From contig JBFWNZ010000002.1 of the NCBI GenBank assembly GCA_050250795.1, forward strand, positions 1 through 32,766: a DNA stretch of 32,766 nt, given 5' to 3'. The notes beneath the pieces are model-generated. The model made no database searches, had not been told where the DNA came from, and was given only the letters and a program-made list of their open reading frames with translations. Source of the DNA: Alphaproteobacteria bacterium. GTDB lineage: Bacteria > Pseudomonadota > Alphaproteobacteria > UBA8366. A program made the position numbers and the translations under genes. The stretch's first letter is position 1; every line of letters begins with the position of its first letter. Shown here in pieces: positions 25,156-32,766 of this stretch.

Positions 25156-27096
25156 CTACCCTGCCTTCTGCACGCGCATGTACCATTCGACGAGGCGGCG
25201 GACCTGACGCGGGGTGTAGCCATGCGCCACCATCCGGTCCAGGAACGCCTGGTGCTTCTCCGCGCTCTCGCTGTCCTTCTTGGTATCGAAGGAAATGACC
25301 GGCAGCAGCTCCTCGATCTGAGAGAACATCCGCTCCTCGATCACCTGCCGGACCTTCTCATAGGACGTCCAACTCGGATTCCGGCCACCGCTCTGCGCCC
25401 GTTGGCGCAGGGCGTATTTCACGACCTCGTTGCGGAAATCCTTGGGATTGGCGATCCCCGCCGGCTTCTCGGTCTTGGAGAGCTCCTGATCCAGCATCTG
25501 CCGGTTGAGGATCTGGCCGGTGTCCGGATCCTTGTAGTCCTGGTTCTCGACCCAGGCATCGGCATAGGCGATGTAGCGGTCGAACAGGTTCTGGCCGTAG
25601 TCGTTGTAGGATTCCAGATAGGCTTTCTGGATTTCCTTGCCGATGTACTCGGCATAACGCGGCGACAGCTCGTCCTTGATGAAGGCCAAGTACTGCTGCT
25701 CGGTATCCGCCGGAAACTGCTCGCGGCGCACCGCCTGCTCCAGCACATACATGAGATGGACAGGGTCGGCCGCCACCTCCTGGGTGTCGAAGTTGAAGGT
25801 CTCCGACAGCACCTTGTAGGCGAAGCGGGTCGACAGGCCGGTCATGCCCTCGTCCACACCGCCGATGTCGCGATACTCCTGGACCGTCTTCGCGTTCGGA
25901 TCGGTGTCCTTCAGGCTCTCGCCGTTATAGACCCGCATCTTCGAGAACAGCGATGAGTTCTCATGCGGCTTCAGCCGCGAGAGAATCGAGAACTCGGCCG
26001 CCATCCGCAGGGTCGACGGCGCACAGGTCGCATCGGCGAGCTCGGAATTGCCGATCAGCTTGGCATAGATGTCCACTTCCTCGTCGACGCGCAGGCAATA
26101 GGGCACCTTGACCACGCAGATGCGGTCGAGAAACGCCTCGTTGTTGCGGTTTGCCTTAAAGCTCTTCCATTCCGCTTCGTTGGAATGGGCCAGGATCATA
26201 CCCTGGAACGGCAGCGCCCCGATGTTCTCGGAGCCCATGTAGTTGTTTTCCTGCGTCGCGGTCAGTAGCGGATGCAGCATCTTCAGCGGCGCCTTGAACA
26301 TTTCGACGAACTCGAGAATGCCCTGAGTCGTGCGGTTAAGGCCGCCCGAATAGGCGTACGCGTCCGGGTCCTCCTGGCTGAAGAACTCCAGCTTGCGAAT
26401 GTCCACCTTGCCGACCAGCGACGAGATGTCCTGATTGTTCTCGTCGCCCGGCTCCGTCTTGGCGACGCCGATCTGGCGCAGCTTCGAGGGATGAAGCCGC
26501 ACCACCGAAAACTTGGAGATGTCGCCGCCGAACTCGTCGAGACGCTTGACCGCCCAGCCGGAACACAGCCCCGTCAGCCGGCGCGCCGGAATCCCGTAGC
26601 GCTCCTCCATCAGTCGGCCATGGCGCGCCGGATCGAACAGACCCAGCGGGCTCTCATAGATCGGGCTGACCTGGTCGCCGGCCTTCAGCACATAGATGGG
26701 CGCCTGCTCCATCAGCGACTTCAGCCGCTCGGCCAGCGAGGATTTGCCGCCGCCGACCGGGCCCAACAGATAGAGAATCTGCTTGCGTTCCTCGAGCCCC
26801 TGCGCGGCATGGCGGAGGAAGCCCACGATCCGCTCGATCGTGTCCTCCATCCCGTAGAAGTCAGCGAAATAAGGGTAAATCTTGATGGTGCGGTTCTGGA
26901 AGATGCGGCTCAGGCGTTCGTCGCGCGCGGTGTCGATCACCTTGGGCTCGCCCAGTGCCGACAGCATCCGCTCGGCCGCGCTGGCATAGCACATCGGATC
27001 GGACTTGCAGGCCTCCAGATAGGACTGGAGGCTCATCTCCGAGCTTTTCCGGTCCTGGTACTGTTCCGTGAAGAGGTCGAGAACGTCCTGGCTCAT
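25156..27096 (-). CDS. prkA: PrkA/YeaG family serine protein kinase (AAA+ N-terminal domain)
   Basis: 646 aa from the ATG at 27096 (MSQDVLDLFTEQYQ...). Walker A is LLGPVGGGKSSLAERL. Size and order match PrkA/YeaG followed by yeaH and ycgB. Confidence 0.95.
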   Translation of the reverse strand: MSQDVLDLFTEQYQDRKSSEMSLQSYLEACKSDPMCYASAAERMLSALGEPKVIDTARDERLSRIFQNRTIKIYPYFADFYGMEDTIERIVGFLRHAAQGLEERKQILYLLGPVGGGKSSLAERLKSLMEQAPIYVLKAGDQVSPIYESPLGLFDPARHGRLMEERYGIPARRLTGLCSGWAVKRLDEFGGDISKFSVVRLHPSKLRQIGVAKTEPGDENNQDISSLVGKVDIRKLEFFSQEDPDAYAYSGGLNRTTQGILEFVEMFKAPLKMLHPLLTATQENNYMGSENIGALPFQGMILAHSNEAEWKSFKANRNNEAFLDRICVVKVPYCLRVDEEVDIYAKLIGNSELADATCAPSTLRMAAEFSILSRLKPHENSSLFSKMRVYNGESLKDTDPNAKTVQEYRDIGGVDEGMTGLSTRFAYKVLSETFNFDTQEVAADPVHLMYVLEQAVRREQFPADTEQQYLAFIKDELSPRYAEYIGKEIQKAYLESYNDYGQNLFDRYIAYADAWVENQDYKDPDTGQILNRQMLDQELSKTEKPAGIANPKDFRNEVVKYALRQRAQSGGRNPSWTSYEKVRQVIEERMFSQIEELLPVISFDTKKDSESAEKHQAFLDRMVAHGYTPRQVRRLVEWYMRVQKAG

Positions 27097-27160
27097 GCTG
27101 CATCTCCCATCCCGTACGCCCGCCTGGCGTCGGGATCGCGATTTACTCCGCTTCCAAAAC

Positions 27161-27186
27161 AACGGAGCCTGCTGCGCATCAGTTCC
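27161..27186 (-). promoter_or_regulatory. Candidate EcfG-type (general stress response) promoter of the prkA-yeaH-ycgB operon
   Basis: The minus strand reads GGAAC (27186-27182), then 17 nt, then CGTT (27164-27161). This is an exact match to GGAAC-N16/17-CGTT, about 65 nt upstream of the prkA ATG. Confidence 0.45.
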
Positions 27187-27236
27187 CCTGGCCCTTCCTG
27201 GATATCGCCTCCCTCAGTTCCGCCCGCCATGCCGGC

Positions 27237-27584
27237 TTAGTGCGAGATCATCCAAGGCCGCTTTTGCGGAAATGCCTTGGAACCGTCGCGACCGCGCACC
27301 GCCTGTCCTTTCACCGACGACGATGAACACCCACAGCCAGGGCCGTGCCGATGTCCCGCCTCGCGCATCTCTCCCGACATCTTCGGGCGATGGGCGCTGC
27401 GTTCGTTGGTTGCATGCGCCATGCGGACCGTCGAAGACAGCGTACTCAATTGCGGAGCCGTCAGGAAGGCCCGTGGCGACAACGCGCCGCAGTCCGGGCA
27501 GGCGACCGGGTCCGATGACTGGGCCATGGGCCGCATGTCCGTGAACGGACCGCAGGCAACGCATTCATGTTCGTAGATCGGCAT
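27237..27584 (-). CDS. fmdB: FmdB-family zinc-ribbon putative regulatory protein
   Basis: 115 aa: MPIYEHECVACG...VACPDCG, a pair of CxxC motifs. It lies immediately downstream of the formamidase gene. RBS GGAG. Confidence 0.85.
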   Translation of the reverse strand: MPIYEHECVACGPFTDMRPMAQSSDPVACPDCGALSPRAFLTAPQLSTLSSTVRMAHATNERSAHRPKMSGEMREAGHRHGPGCGCSSSSVKGQAVRGRDGSKAFPQKRPWMISH

Positions 27585-27674
27585 TCGGATGCTCCGGATG
27601 ACTGGGAACGGTTGAGGGAACCGGGGCGAGCGGGGGCGACCGCACAGTGAATGCCGCCCCCGCCGCCGCCCCCG

Positions 27675-28904
27675 TTACAGATCGGGCGCGAGCGGAATGT
27701 CGATGTCGCCCTTGATGTGCTTGATCGGGCCGGATGCATTCGGCCGGATGTCGAAGTCGAAGATTTCGGTCGGCAGGAACAGCGTTGCGCAGGCGTTCGG
27801 AATGTCGACCACCCCGCTGATGTGGCCCTGTACCGGCGCCGTGCCCAGGATGGCGTGCGCCTGAGCCCGCGAGTAACCGAACTTGGTCATGTACTCGATG
27901 GCGTTCAGGCAGGCCTGGCGGTAGGCGATGTGCACGTCGAGGTAATGCTGCTTGCCGGCCTCGTCGACCGAGATGCCCTCGAAGATCAGGTAATCGTTGT
28001 AGTTGGGTATCAACGGGCTGGGCTTGAAGATCGGATTCTTGATCCCGTACTTCGCCATGCCGCCCTTGATCAGGTCGACCTTCATATGCACCCAGCCGGC
28101 CATCTCGATGGCGCCGCAGAAGGTGATTTCGCCATCGCCCTGCGAGAAGTGCAGGTCGCCCAGCGACAGGCCGGCCCCGTTCACATAGACCGGGAAGTAG
28201 ATCTTCGATCCCCGCGACAGATCCTTGATGTCGCAGTTGCCGCCATGCTCGCGCGGCGGAACGGTGCGCGCGCCGGTCGCCGCCGCCGCTTCCTTCGCCG
28301 CACCGGACATGCGGCCCATATGGGCCGTCGGCACATAGGGAAGCGTCGCCAGCGGCGGAACCCGCTCGGGATCGGTCGAGAACAGCGCCTCCTCGCGGGT
28401 GTTCCAGGTATCCAGCAGCTGCGGCGAGGGCAGGCAGCCGATCAGACCGGGATGGATCAGGCCGGCAAAACTGACGCCGGGCACATGCCGCGAGTTGGTG
28501 TAGATGCCGCTCACGTCCCAGATCGACTTCTGCGCCTCGGGGAAGTGGTCGGTCAGGAATCCGCCGCCATTCTTCTTCGAGAAGAAGCCGTTGAAGCCCC
28601 ACAGGCTGTTCGGCAGGCAGCCGATGTCGAGCAAGTCCACCACCAGCAGATCGCCGGGCTCTGCGCCCTTCACGCCGATGGGGCCGCTGAGGAAATGCAC
28701 CTTCGACAGGTCGACATCGCGGACGTCCGAAGCATCGTCGTTGTTGGCGATCTGGCCGCCGGTCCAATCCACGCATTCGACGATGAAATCGTCGCCGGGG
28801 CTGACCATGGCCACCATCGGAATATCCGGGTGCCAGCGGTTATGGATCATGTCGTTTTCGTATGGAGAGGCCGACAAGTCGACCTTGATAAGAGTATCAG
28901 GCAC
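27675..28904 (-). CDS. fmdA: Formamidase (acetamidase/formamidase family)
   Basis: 409 aa from a GTG start with RBS GGGAGAAG. The sequence MPDTLIKVDL...NRWHPDIP...CVDWTGGQI...GGNCDIKDL...HFSQGDGEI is characteristic of FmdA/AmdA. Confidence 0.94.
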   Translation of the reverse strand: MPDTLIKVDLSASPYENDMIHNRWHPDIPMVAMVSPGDDFIVECVDWTGGQIANNDDASDVRDVDLSKVHFLSGPIGVKGAEPGDLLVVDLLDIGCLPNSLWGFNGFFSKKNGGGFLTDHFPEAQKSIWDVSGIYTNSRHVPGVSFAGLIHPGLIGCLPSPQLLDTWNTREEALFSTDPERVPPLATLPYVPTAHMGRMSGAAKEAAAATGARTVPPREHGGNCDIKDLSRGSKIYFPVYVNGAGLSLGDLHFSQGDGEITFCGAIEMAGWVHMKVDLIKGGMAKYGIKNPIFKPSPLIPNYNDYLIFEGISVDEAGKQHYLDVHIAYRQACLNAIEYMTKFGYSRAQAHAILGTAPVQGHISGVVDIPNACATLFLPTEIFDFDIRPNASGPIKHIKGDIDIPLAPDL

Positions 28905-28955
28905 CGATCTTCTCCCGTGGCGTGTTGAGCAAGGAAAAGGCTTGTTCCAGGCCGG

Positions 28956-29645
28956 TCATACGGCGAGGAACCGGGCAATCGCCGCTTCGTCGACCCGGTC
29001 GCGGGTGTCGGAATGGACGATCGTTCCGTTCTCGATAACGAGAATCCGGTCCGCGACATCGAGCACGAAGCTCAGCACCTGCTCGCAGACGACGATGCAG
29101 AGCTGACGCATGTCGCGGATGTGTTTCAGCAGCCGCGCGATATCCTTGATGATCGAGGGCTGGATGCCCTCGGTCGGCTCATCGAGCAGCAGAACCTTGG
29201 GGTCGCTGGCAAGCGCGCGGGCAATGGCGAGTTGCTGTTGCTGGCCGCCCGACAGGTTGCCCCCGCGCCGGCCGGCGAATTCCTGAAGGATGGGGAACAG
29301 TTCGTAGATTTCCGGCGGCACATCCGACTTGCCGGTGACCACCAGCCCGGTCTCGATATTCTCGCGGACGGTCATGGTGCCGAAGATCTGCCGCCCCTGC
29401 GGCACATCTCCGAGCCCCTGCCGCACGCGCGAATGACTCGGCAGGCTGGACACCTCGACCCCGCCGACGGAAACGGAGCCGGAAGCCGTCGGCAAGACGC
29501 CGATCAGCGACTTCATGAGCGTCGATTTGCCCATGCCGTTGCGGCCGACCACCGCAACGATTTCTCCCGGCTGGACCGCGAGGTCGATGCCGTGCAGCAC
29601 CTCGCTCTGTCCGTAGCACACATGTAGATCGCGAACCTCGAGCAT
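28956..29645 (-). CDS. urtE: Urea / short-chain amide ABC transporter ATP-binding protein UrtE
   Basis: I prefer the ATG at 29645 (MLEVRDLHVCYGQSEVL..., RBS GAAGGAAC) over the TTG at 29666 in the ORF track. Walker A is GRNGMGKST; also VPQGRQIF and LSGGQQQ. Confidence 0.9.
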   Translation of the reverse strand: MLEVRDLHVCYGQSEVLHGIDLAVQPGEIVAVVGRNGMGKSTLMKSLIGVLPTASGSVSVGGVEVSSLPSHSRVRQGLGDVPQGRQIFGTMTVRENIETGLVVTGKSDVPPEIYELFPILQEFAGRRGGNLSGGQQQQLAIARALASDPKVLLLDEPTEGIQPSIIKDIARLLKHIRDMRQLCIVVCEQVLSFVLDVADRILVIENGTIVHSDTRDRVDEAAIARFLAV

Positions 29646-29662
29646 GGCTCGTTCCTTCTCGC

Positions 29663-30418
29663 TCAATGACCCAGATAGACTTCCTTGACGGTGGGATCCT
29701 CCTGGATCACCTCCATCCGTCCCTCGGCCAGAACCTTGCCCTGGTGCAGGACGGTGACCCTGTCCGCGATGCTCTCGACGAACTTCATGTCGTGCTCGAT
29801 CACGATCACCGCGCGCCCCTCGGTCACGCGGTTGAGCAGCTCTGCGGTCCGCCCCCGCTCGGCCACGCTCATGCCGGCGACCGGTTCGTCGAGCATCAAA
29901 AGCTCGGGGTCCTGGATCAGCAGCATGCCGATCTCAAGCCACTGCTTCTGGCCGTGACTGAGGGTTTCGGCCCGCTGCGACAGATGGTCGTCGAGGAAGA
30001 TCGTCCGCGCGACCTCATGCACCCGGTCGACCACCTCGGAATTGCGGCGGAAGGCCAGAGCGCCGAACACGCCGCGGCCGCGCGGAAACGAGATTTCGAG
30101 ATTCTCGAAGACGGTAAGATCCTCATAGATGGACGGATTCTGGAACTTCCGCCCGATGCCGAGCCGCACGATCTCGTGCTCCCGCATCTTGGTGATCTCA
30201 CGGTTGTTGAACCGGATCGAACCGTCCGAGACCTTCGTCCGGCCGCAGATCAGGTCGAGGACCGTTGTCTTACCGGCACCGTTGGGACCGATGATGACCC
30301 GGATTTCATCCTTGTTGATGTAGAGGCTGAGGTCGTTCACGGCCTTGAAGCCGTCGAATGAAACCGTCACCCCTTCCAGGGCCAGCAGAAAGTCGGTGTC
30401 GCTGGGGATCATCTGCAT
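29663..30418 (-). CDS. urtD: Urea / short-chain amide ABC transporter ATP-binding protein UrtD
   Basis: 251 aa with Walker A GPNGAGKTT, GRKFQNPSI, LSHGQKQWLEIG and LLMLDEP. Confidence 0.92.
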   Translation of the reverse strand: MQMIPSDTDFLLALEGVTVSFDGFKAVNDLSLYINKDEIRVIIGPNGAGKTTVLDLICGRTKVSDGSIRFNNREITKMREHEIVRLGIGRKFQNPSIYEDLTVFENLEISFPRGRGVFGALAFRRNSEVVDRVHEVARTIFLDDHLSQRAETLSHGQKQWLEIGMLLIQDPELLMLDEPVAGMSVAERGRTAELLNRVTEGRAVIVIEHDMKFVESIADRVTVLHQGKVLAEGRMEVIQEDPTVKEVYLGH

Positions 30419-30427
30419 CTCTCCCGA

Positions 30428-31549
30428 TCATTCGGCATGCGAGAGGCCGGTTTTCCGGCCGCGCCGATTGGGGCGCAGACGGGCCAGCAGGGGATCGAGG
30501 TAGTCGGTGACGAGACCGGCCACACCGCGCGGGAAGAACAGGACCACCGCGATGAACAGGCCGCCCATCGCGAACAGCCACAGCTCCGGGAACGTCTCGG
30601 AGAAGACGGTCTTGCCCGCATTGACGATGAGCGCGCCGAGCGCGGCCCCGACCAGCGACAGCCGACCGCCGACCGCGCAGAAGATGACCATCTCGATCGA
30701 CGGAACGATGCCGATGATCGAGGGCGACATGAACCCGACCTGCAGCGTGAACATGGCACCGCCGATGGCCGAGACGGACGCCGCCACGCAGAAGGAGAAG
30801 ACCTTGAAGTTGGCGACGTCATAACCGGAGAAGCGCACCCGCTCCTCCTTGTCGCGAATTGCGACCAGGATACGCCCCAGTTTGCTGCCCAGCATCCAGC
30901 GCAGCATCAGCATGCAGCCGATCAACAGCGCCCCGTTCACGAAGTAGAGAATCTGCCGCGCCTCGTCGGTGCGGATGTCCCAGCCGTGAAGCGTGCGCAG
31001 ATCGGTGATGCCGTTGACGCCGCCGGTGTAGCCCTGCTGGCCGATGATAAGGATCGTGGCCACGGCGACGATGGCCTGGGTGATGATCGCAAAATAGACG
31101 CCGCCGACCCGGCGCTTGAACATCGCGATGCCGATGACGAAGGCGATCGCTGCCGGCACCGCCACGATCGCAAAGACCGTGAAGGTGAAGGAGTTGAAGG
31201 GTTCCCAGAACCAGGGCAGCGCGGTCAGCTGGTTCCAGTCCATGAAGTCGGGAATGCCGGGCGTGGATTGAATCTTGGTGATCTCGGGACTGGACGCCTC
31301 AAGTTTGAGGAACATGGCCATCCCATAGCCGCCCAGTCCGAAGAAAAGGCCCTGCCCAAGACTGAGAACCCCCGTGTAGCCCCAGCACAGGACGAGACCG
31401 ATCGCCACGAACCCGAAGGCAAGATACTTGCCCACCAGATTCAGTCGGAAATCGTCCATCACCAGCGGAAAGATCACGAGGATCAGCAGCGCGAGCGCGA
31501 GATAGGCAATCAGTTCGCGCTGACGCGCCGAATTGGTGAAAGTCGACAT
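30428..31549 (-). CDS. urtC: Urea / short-chain amide ABC transporter permease UrtC
   Basis: 373 aa. It is a polytopic LivM-like permease. RBS GGAGG. It starts 2 nt after the urtB stop. Confidence 0.9.
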   Translation of the reverse strand: MSTFTNSARQRELIAYLALALLILVIFPLVMDDFRLNLVGKYLAFGFVAIGLVLCWGYTGVLSLGQGLFFGLGGYGMAMFLKLEASSPEITKIQSTPGIPDFMDWNQLTALPWFWEPFNSFTFTVFAIVAVPAAIAFVIGIAMFKRRVGGVYFAIITQAIVAVATILIIGQQGYTGGVNGITDLRTLHGWDIRTDEARQILYFVNGALLIGCMLMLRWMLGSKLGRILVAIRDKEERVRFSGYDVANFKVFSFCVAASVSAIGGAMFTLQVGFMSPSIIGIVPSIEMVIFCAVGGRLSLVGAALGALIVNAGKTVFSETFPELWLFAMGGLFIAVVLFFPRGVAGLVTDYLDPLLARLRPNRRGRKTGLSHAE

Positions 31550-31551
31550 GA

Positions 31552-32475
31552 TTACCTCCGCACCTTCAGGACGAAGAGACCCTCCGGCCGCAGCATCAGC
31601 AGCCCGATGACGATCAGCAGCGTGATGACCTTGGCCATCGAACCGCTGAGGAAGAACTCAAGAGCCGATTGGGACTGCGAGATGGTGAGGGCCGAAGCCA
31701 CGGTGCCGATCAGGCTCTGCGCGCCGCCGAACACCACCACCAGGAAGGTGTCGACGATGTAGAGCTGACCGGAAGTCGGGCCGGTGGAGCCGATCATGGT
31801 AAAGGCGCTGCCGGCCACGCCGGCGACGCCGCAGCCGAGGCCGAAGGTCATCCGGTCGATCCGCCGCGTGTCGATGCCGACGGCGCCGCTCATCGTCCGA
31901 TTGGCCGTCACCGCGCGCACCTGAAGGCCCCAGCGCGACCGGAACATCAACACGACCACCGCGGCCGTGATGACCAGGGTCAGCCCCATCACGAAAAGGC
32001 CATTGATCTGCATTTCGATGGTGTCGGAGATGGCAAGCGAGCCCATCAGCCAGTCGGGCAACACGACACCCACCTCACGTGCGCCGAACACCGAGCGATA
32101 GAGCTGCTGCAGGATCAGGCTCAGGCCCCAGGTCGCGAGCAGCGTATCCAGCGGCCGCTTGTAGAGATGCCGGATCAGCGCCCACTCGACGAACAATCCG
32201 AGCGCGCCTGCGGCCAGGAAGGCCAGCACCATCGCGACGATGAAGTAGGCGGGGTAAGCCCAGGGCAGATAGTCCGCGAACAGGTGCGAACACATGTAGG
32301 TGACGTAGGCGCCGAGGATCAGGAATTCGCCATGCGCCATGTTGATGACGCCCATCTGGCCGAAGATGATCGCCAGACCCAGCGCCATCAGCACGAACAC
32401 GGAGAACAGGATCAGGCCGGCGAAGGCCTGCATCGCGAGGATCGAACCCAGCTCACCCAAGGAATAATCGAACAT
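31552..32475 (-). CDS. urtB: Urea / short-chain amide ABC transporter permease UrtB
   Basis: 307 aa. It is a polytopic LivH-like permease, and its position is typical of urtABCDE order. Confidence 0.9.
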   Translation of the reverse strand: MFDYSLGELGSILAMQAFAGLILFSVFVLMALGLAIIFGQMGVINMAHGEFLILGAYVTYMCSHLFADYLPWAYPAYFIVAMVLAFLAAGALGLFVEWALIRHLYKRPLDTLLATWGLSLILQQLYRSVFGAREVGVVLPDWLMGSLAISDTIEMQINGLFVMGLTLVITAAVVVLMFRSRWGLQVRAVTANRTMSGAVGIDTRRIDRMTFGLGCGVAGVAGSAFTMIGSTGPTSGQLYIVDTFLVVVFGGAQSLIGTVASALTISQSQSALEFFLSGSMAKVITLLIVIGLLMLRPEGLFVLKVRR

Positions 32476-32510
32476 CGAGCGGAACTCCCAGCGGCGTCAG
32501 AAGGCGAAGC

Positions 32511-32543
32511 GCCGCCCCGGCCGGACCTGCCGGCCGGGGCGGC
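32511..32543 (-). other. GC-rich intercistronic stem-loop between urtA and urtB
   Basis: A perfect 14-bp inverted repeat, GCCGCCCCGGCCGG (32511-32524) and CCGGCCGGGGCGGC (32530-32543), has a 5-nt loop. No clear U-tract follows on the minus strand. Confidence 0.5.
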
Positions 32544-32549
32544 AACGCA

Positions 32550-32766
32550 TCACTGATAGCCCTTGGGGAAGGGATCGGGTTCGACGAGGTCCGCCGTCTC
32601 GTAGATGAGATCGTACTGACCGTCGGCCCGTGCGCGACCGACCCGCGTCTTGCTCCAGAGGTGATGATTCTCGTGGATGCGGACGTAGCCTTCCGGTGCC
32701 TCCTTGAACTCGATCCCCGGCGATGCCGCCGCGATCTTGTCGATGTCGAAGCTGCCCGCCTTCTCA
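32550..32766 (-). CDS. urtA: Urea / short-chain amide ABC transporter substrate-binding protein UrtA, C-terminal fragment (5' end outside the window)
   Basis: Hand translation of the minus strand gives ...GYVRIHENHHLWSKTRVGRARADGQYDLIYETADLVEPDPFPKGYQ*, a UrtA/FmdD-like C-terminus. The reading frame is open to the window edge. Confidence 0.85.
   Translation of the reverse strand, partial: EKAGSFDIDKIAAASPGIEFKEAPEGYVRIHENHHLWSKTRVGRARADGQYDLIYETADLVEPDPFPKGYQ

Noticed and set aside
22231-27096. AAA+ kinase plus vWA-like protein plus third gene considered as a possible defence or NTPase-vWA system.
   Set aside because: The three proteins match the ubiquitous housekeeping PrkA/YeaG, YeaH and SpoVR/YcgB triad in order, size and motifs. 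There are no mobile-element or defence-island neighbours.
27097-27236. Sigma-54 (TGGCAC-N5-TTGC) promoter upstream of prkA, expected by analogy with NtrC-regulated yeaG in enterobacteria. A weak 5-bp hairpin (CTCCG...CGGAG) was also considered as an fmdB terminator.
   Set aside because: No GG/GC element with the correct spacing is present on the minus strand. The hairpin is short with a 12-nt loop, and it overlaps the better-supported EcfG-type motif.
27565-28776. 403-aa ORF on the same strand as fmdA but in another frame.
   Set aside because: It overlaps the formamidase gene almost entirely and is Arg/Gly/Pro-rich with no motifs. The fmdA frame carries the family signatures.

Overview
High-G+C, densely packed chromosomal segment that looks alphaproteobacterial (taxon is an inference from gene content). 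I recognise 30 protein-coding genes and no tRNA/rRNA, CRISPR array, IS element, integrase or phage gene. Left to right: (i) the 3' part of a urease operon, ureC(partial)-ureE-ureF-ureG; (ii) a four-gene minus-strand signalling operon: hybrid sensor kinase, CheY-like receiver, receiver with a degenerate HD-type domain, and a DHp-receiver-class III cyclase lacking an ATPase domain; (iii) a 395-bp AT-rich, palindrome-dense intergenic island; (iv) a small catabolic cluster: NtaA/DszA-type flavin monooxygenase, MmgE/PrpD protein, secreted dienelactone hydrolase, CitE-like lyase; (v) partner-less signalling parts: a kinase-dead HK-like protein, an ECF sigma factor with no anti-sigma gene, an OmpR-type regulator, a single receiver, and a DUF3008 mini-protein; (vi) nitrilase, CE4 deacetylase and LysR regulator; (vii) PNPOx-like and RraA-like genes; (viii) the conserved prkA-yeaH-spoVR(ycgB) triad, preceded by a perfect EcfG-type general-stress promoter motif; (ix) urtA(partial)BCDE fused to formamidase fmdA-fmdB. 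I did not find a clear-cut new system such as a defence island. The best candidates for undescribed biology are the one-kinase, five-receiver phosphorelay ending in a cAMP synthase, the orphan ECF/pseudo-kinase cluster, and the stress-promoter-driven PrkA triad. All family assignments come from reading motifs in the translations, not from database searches.
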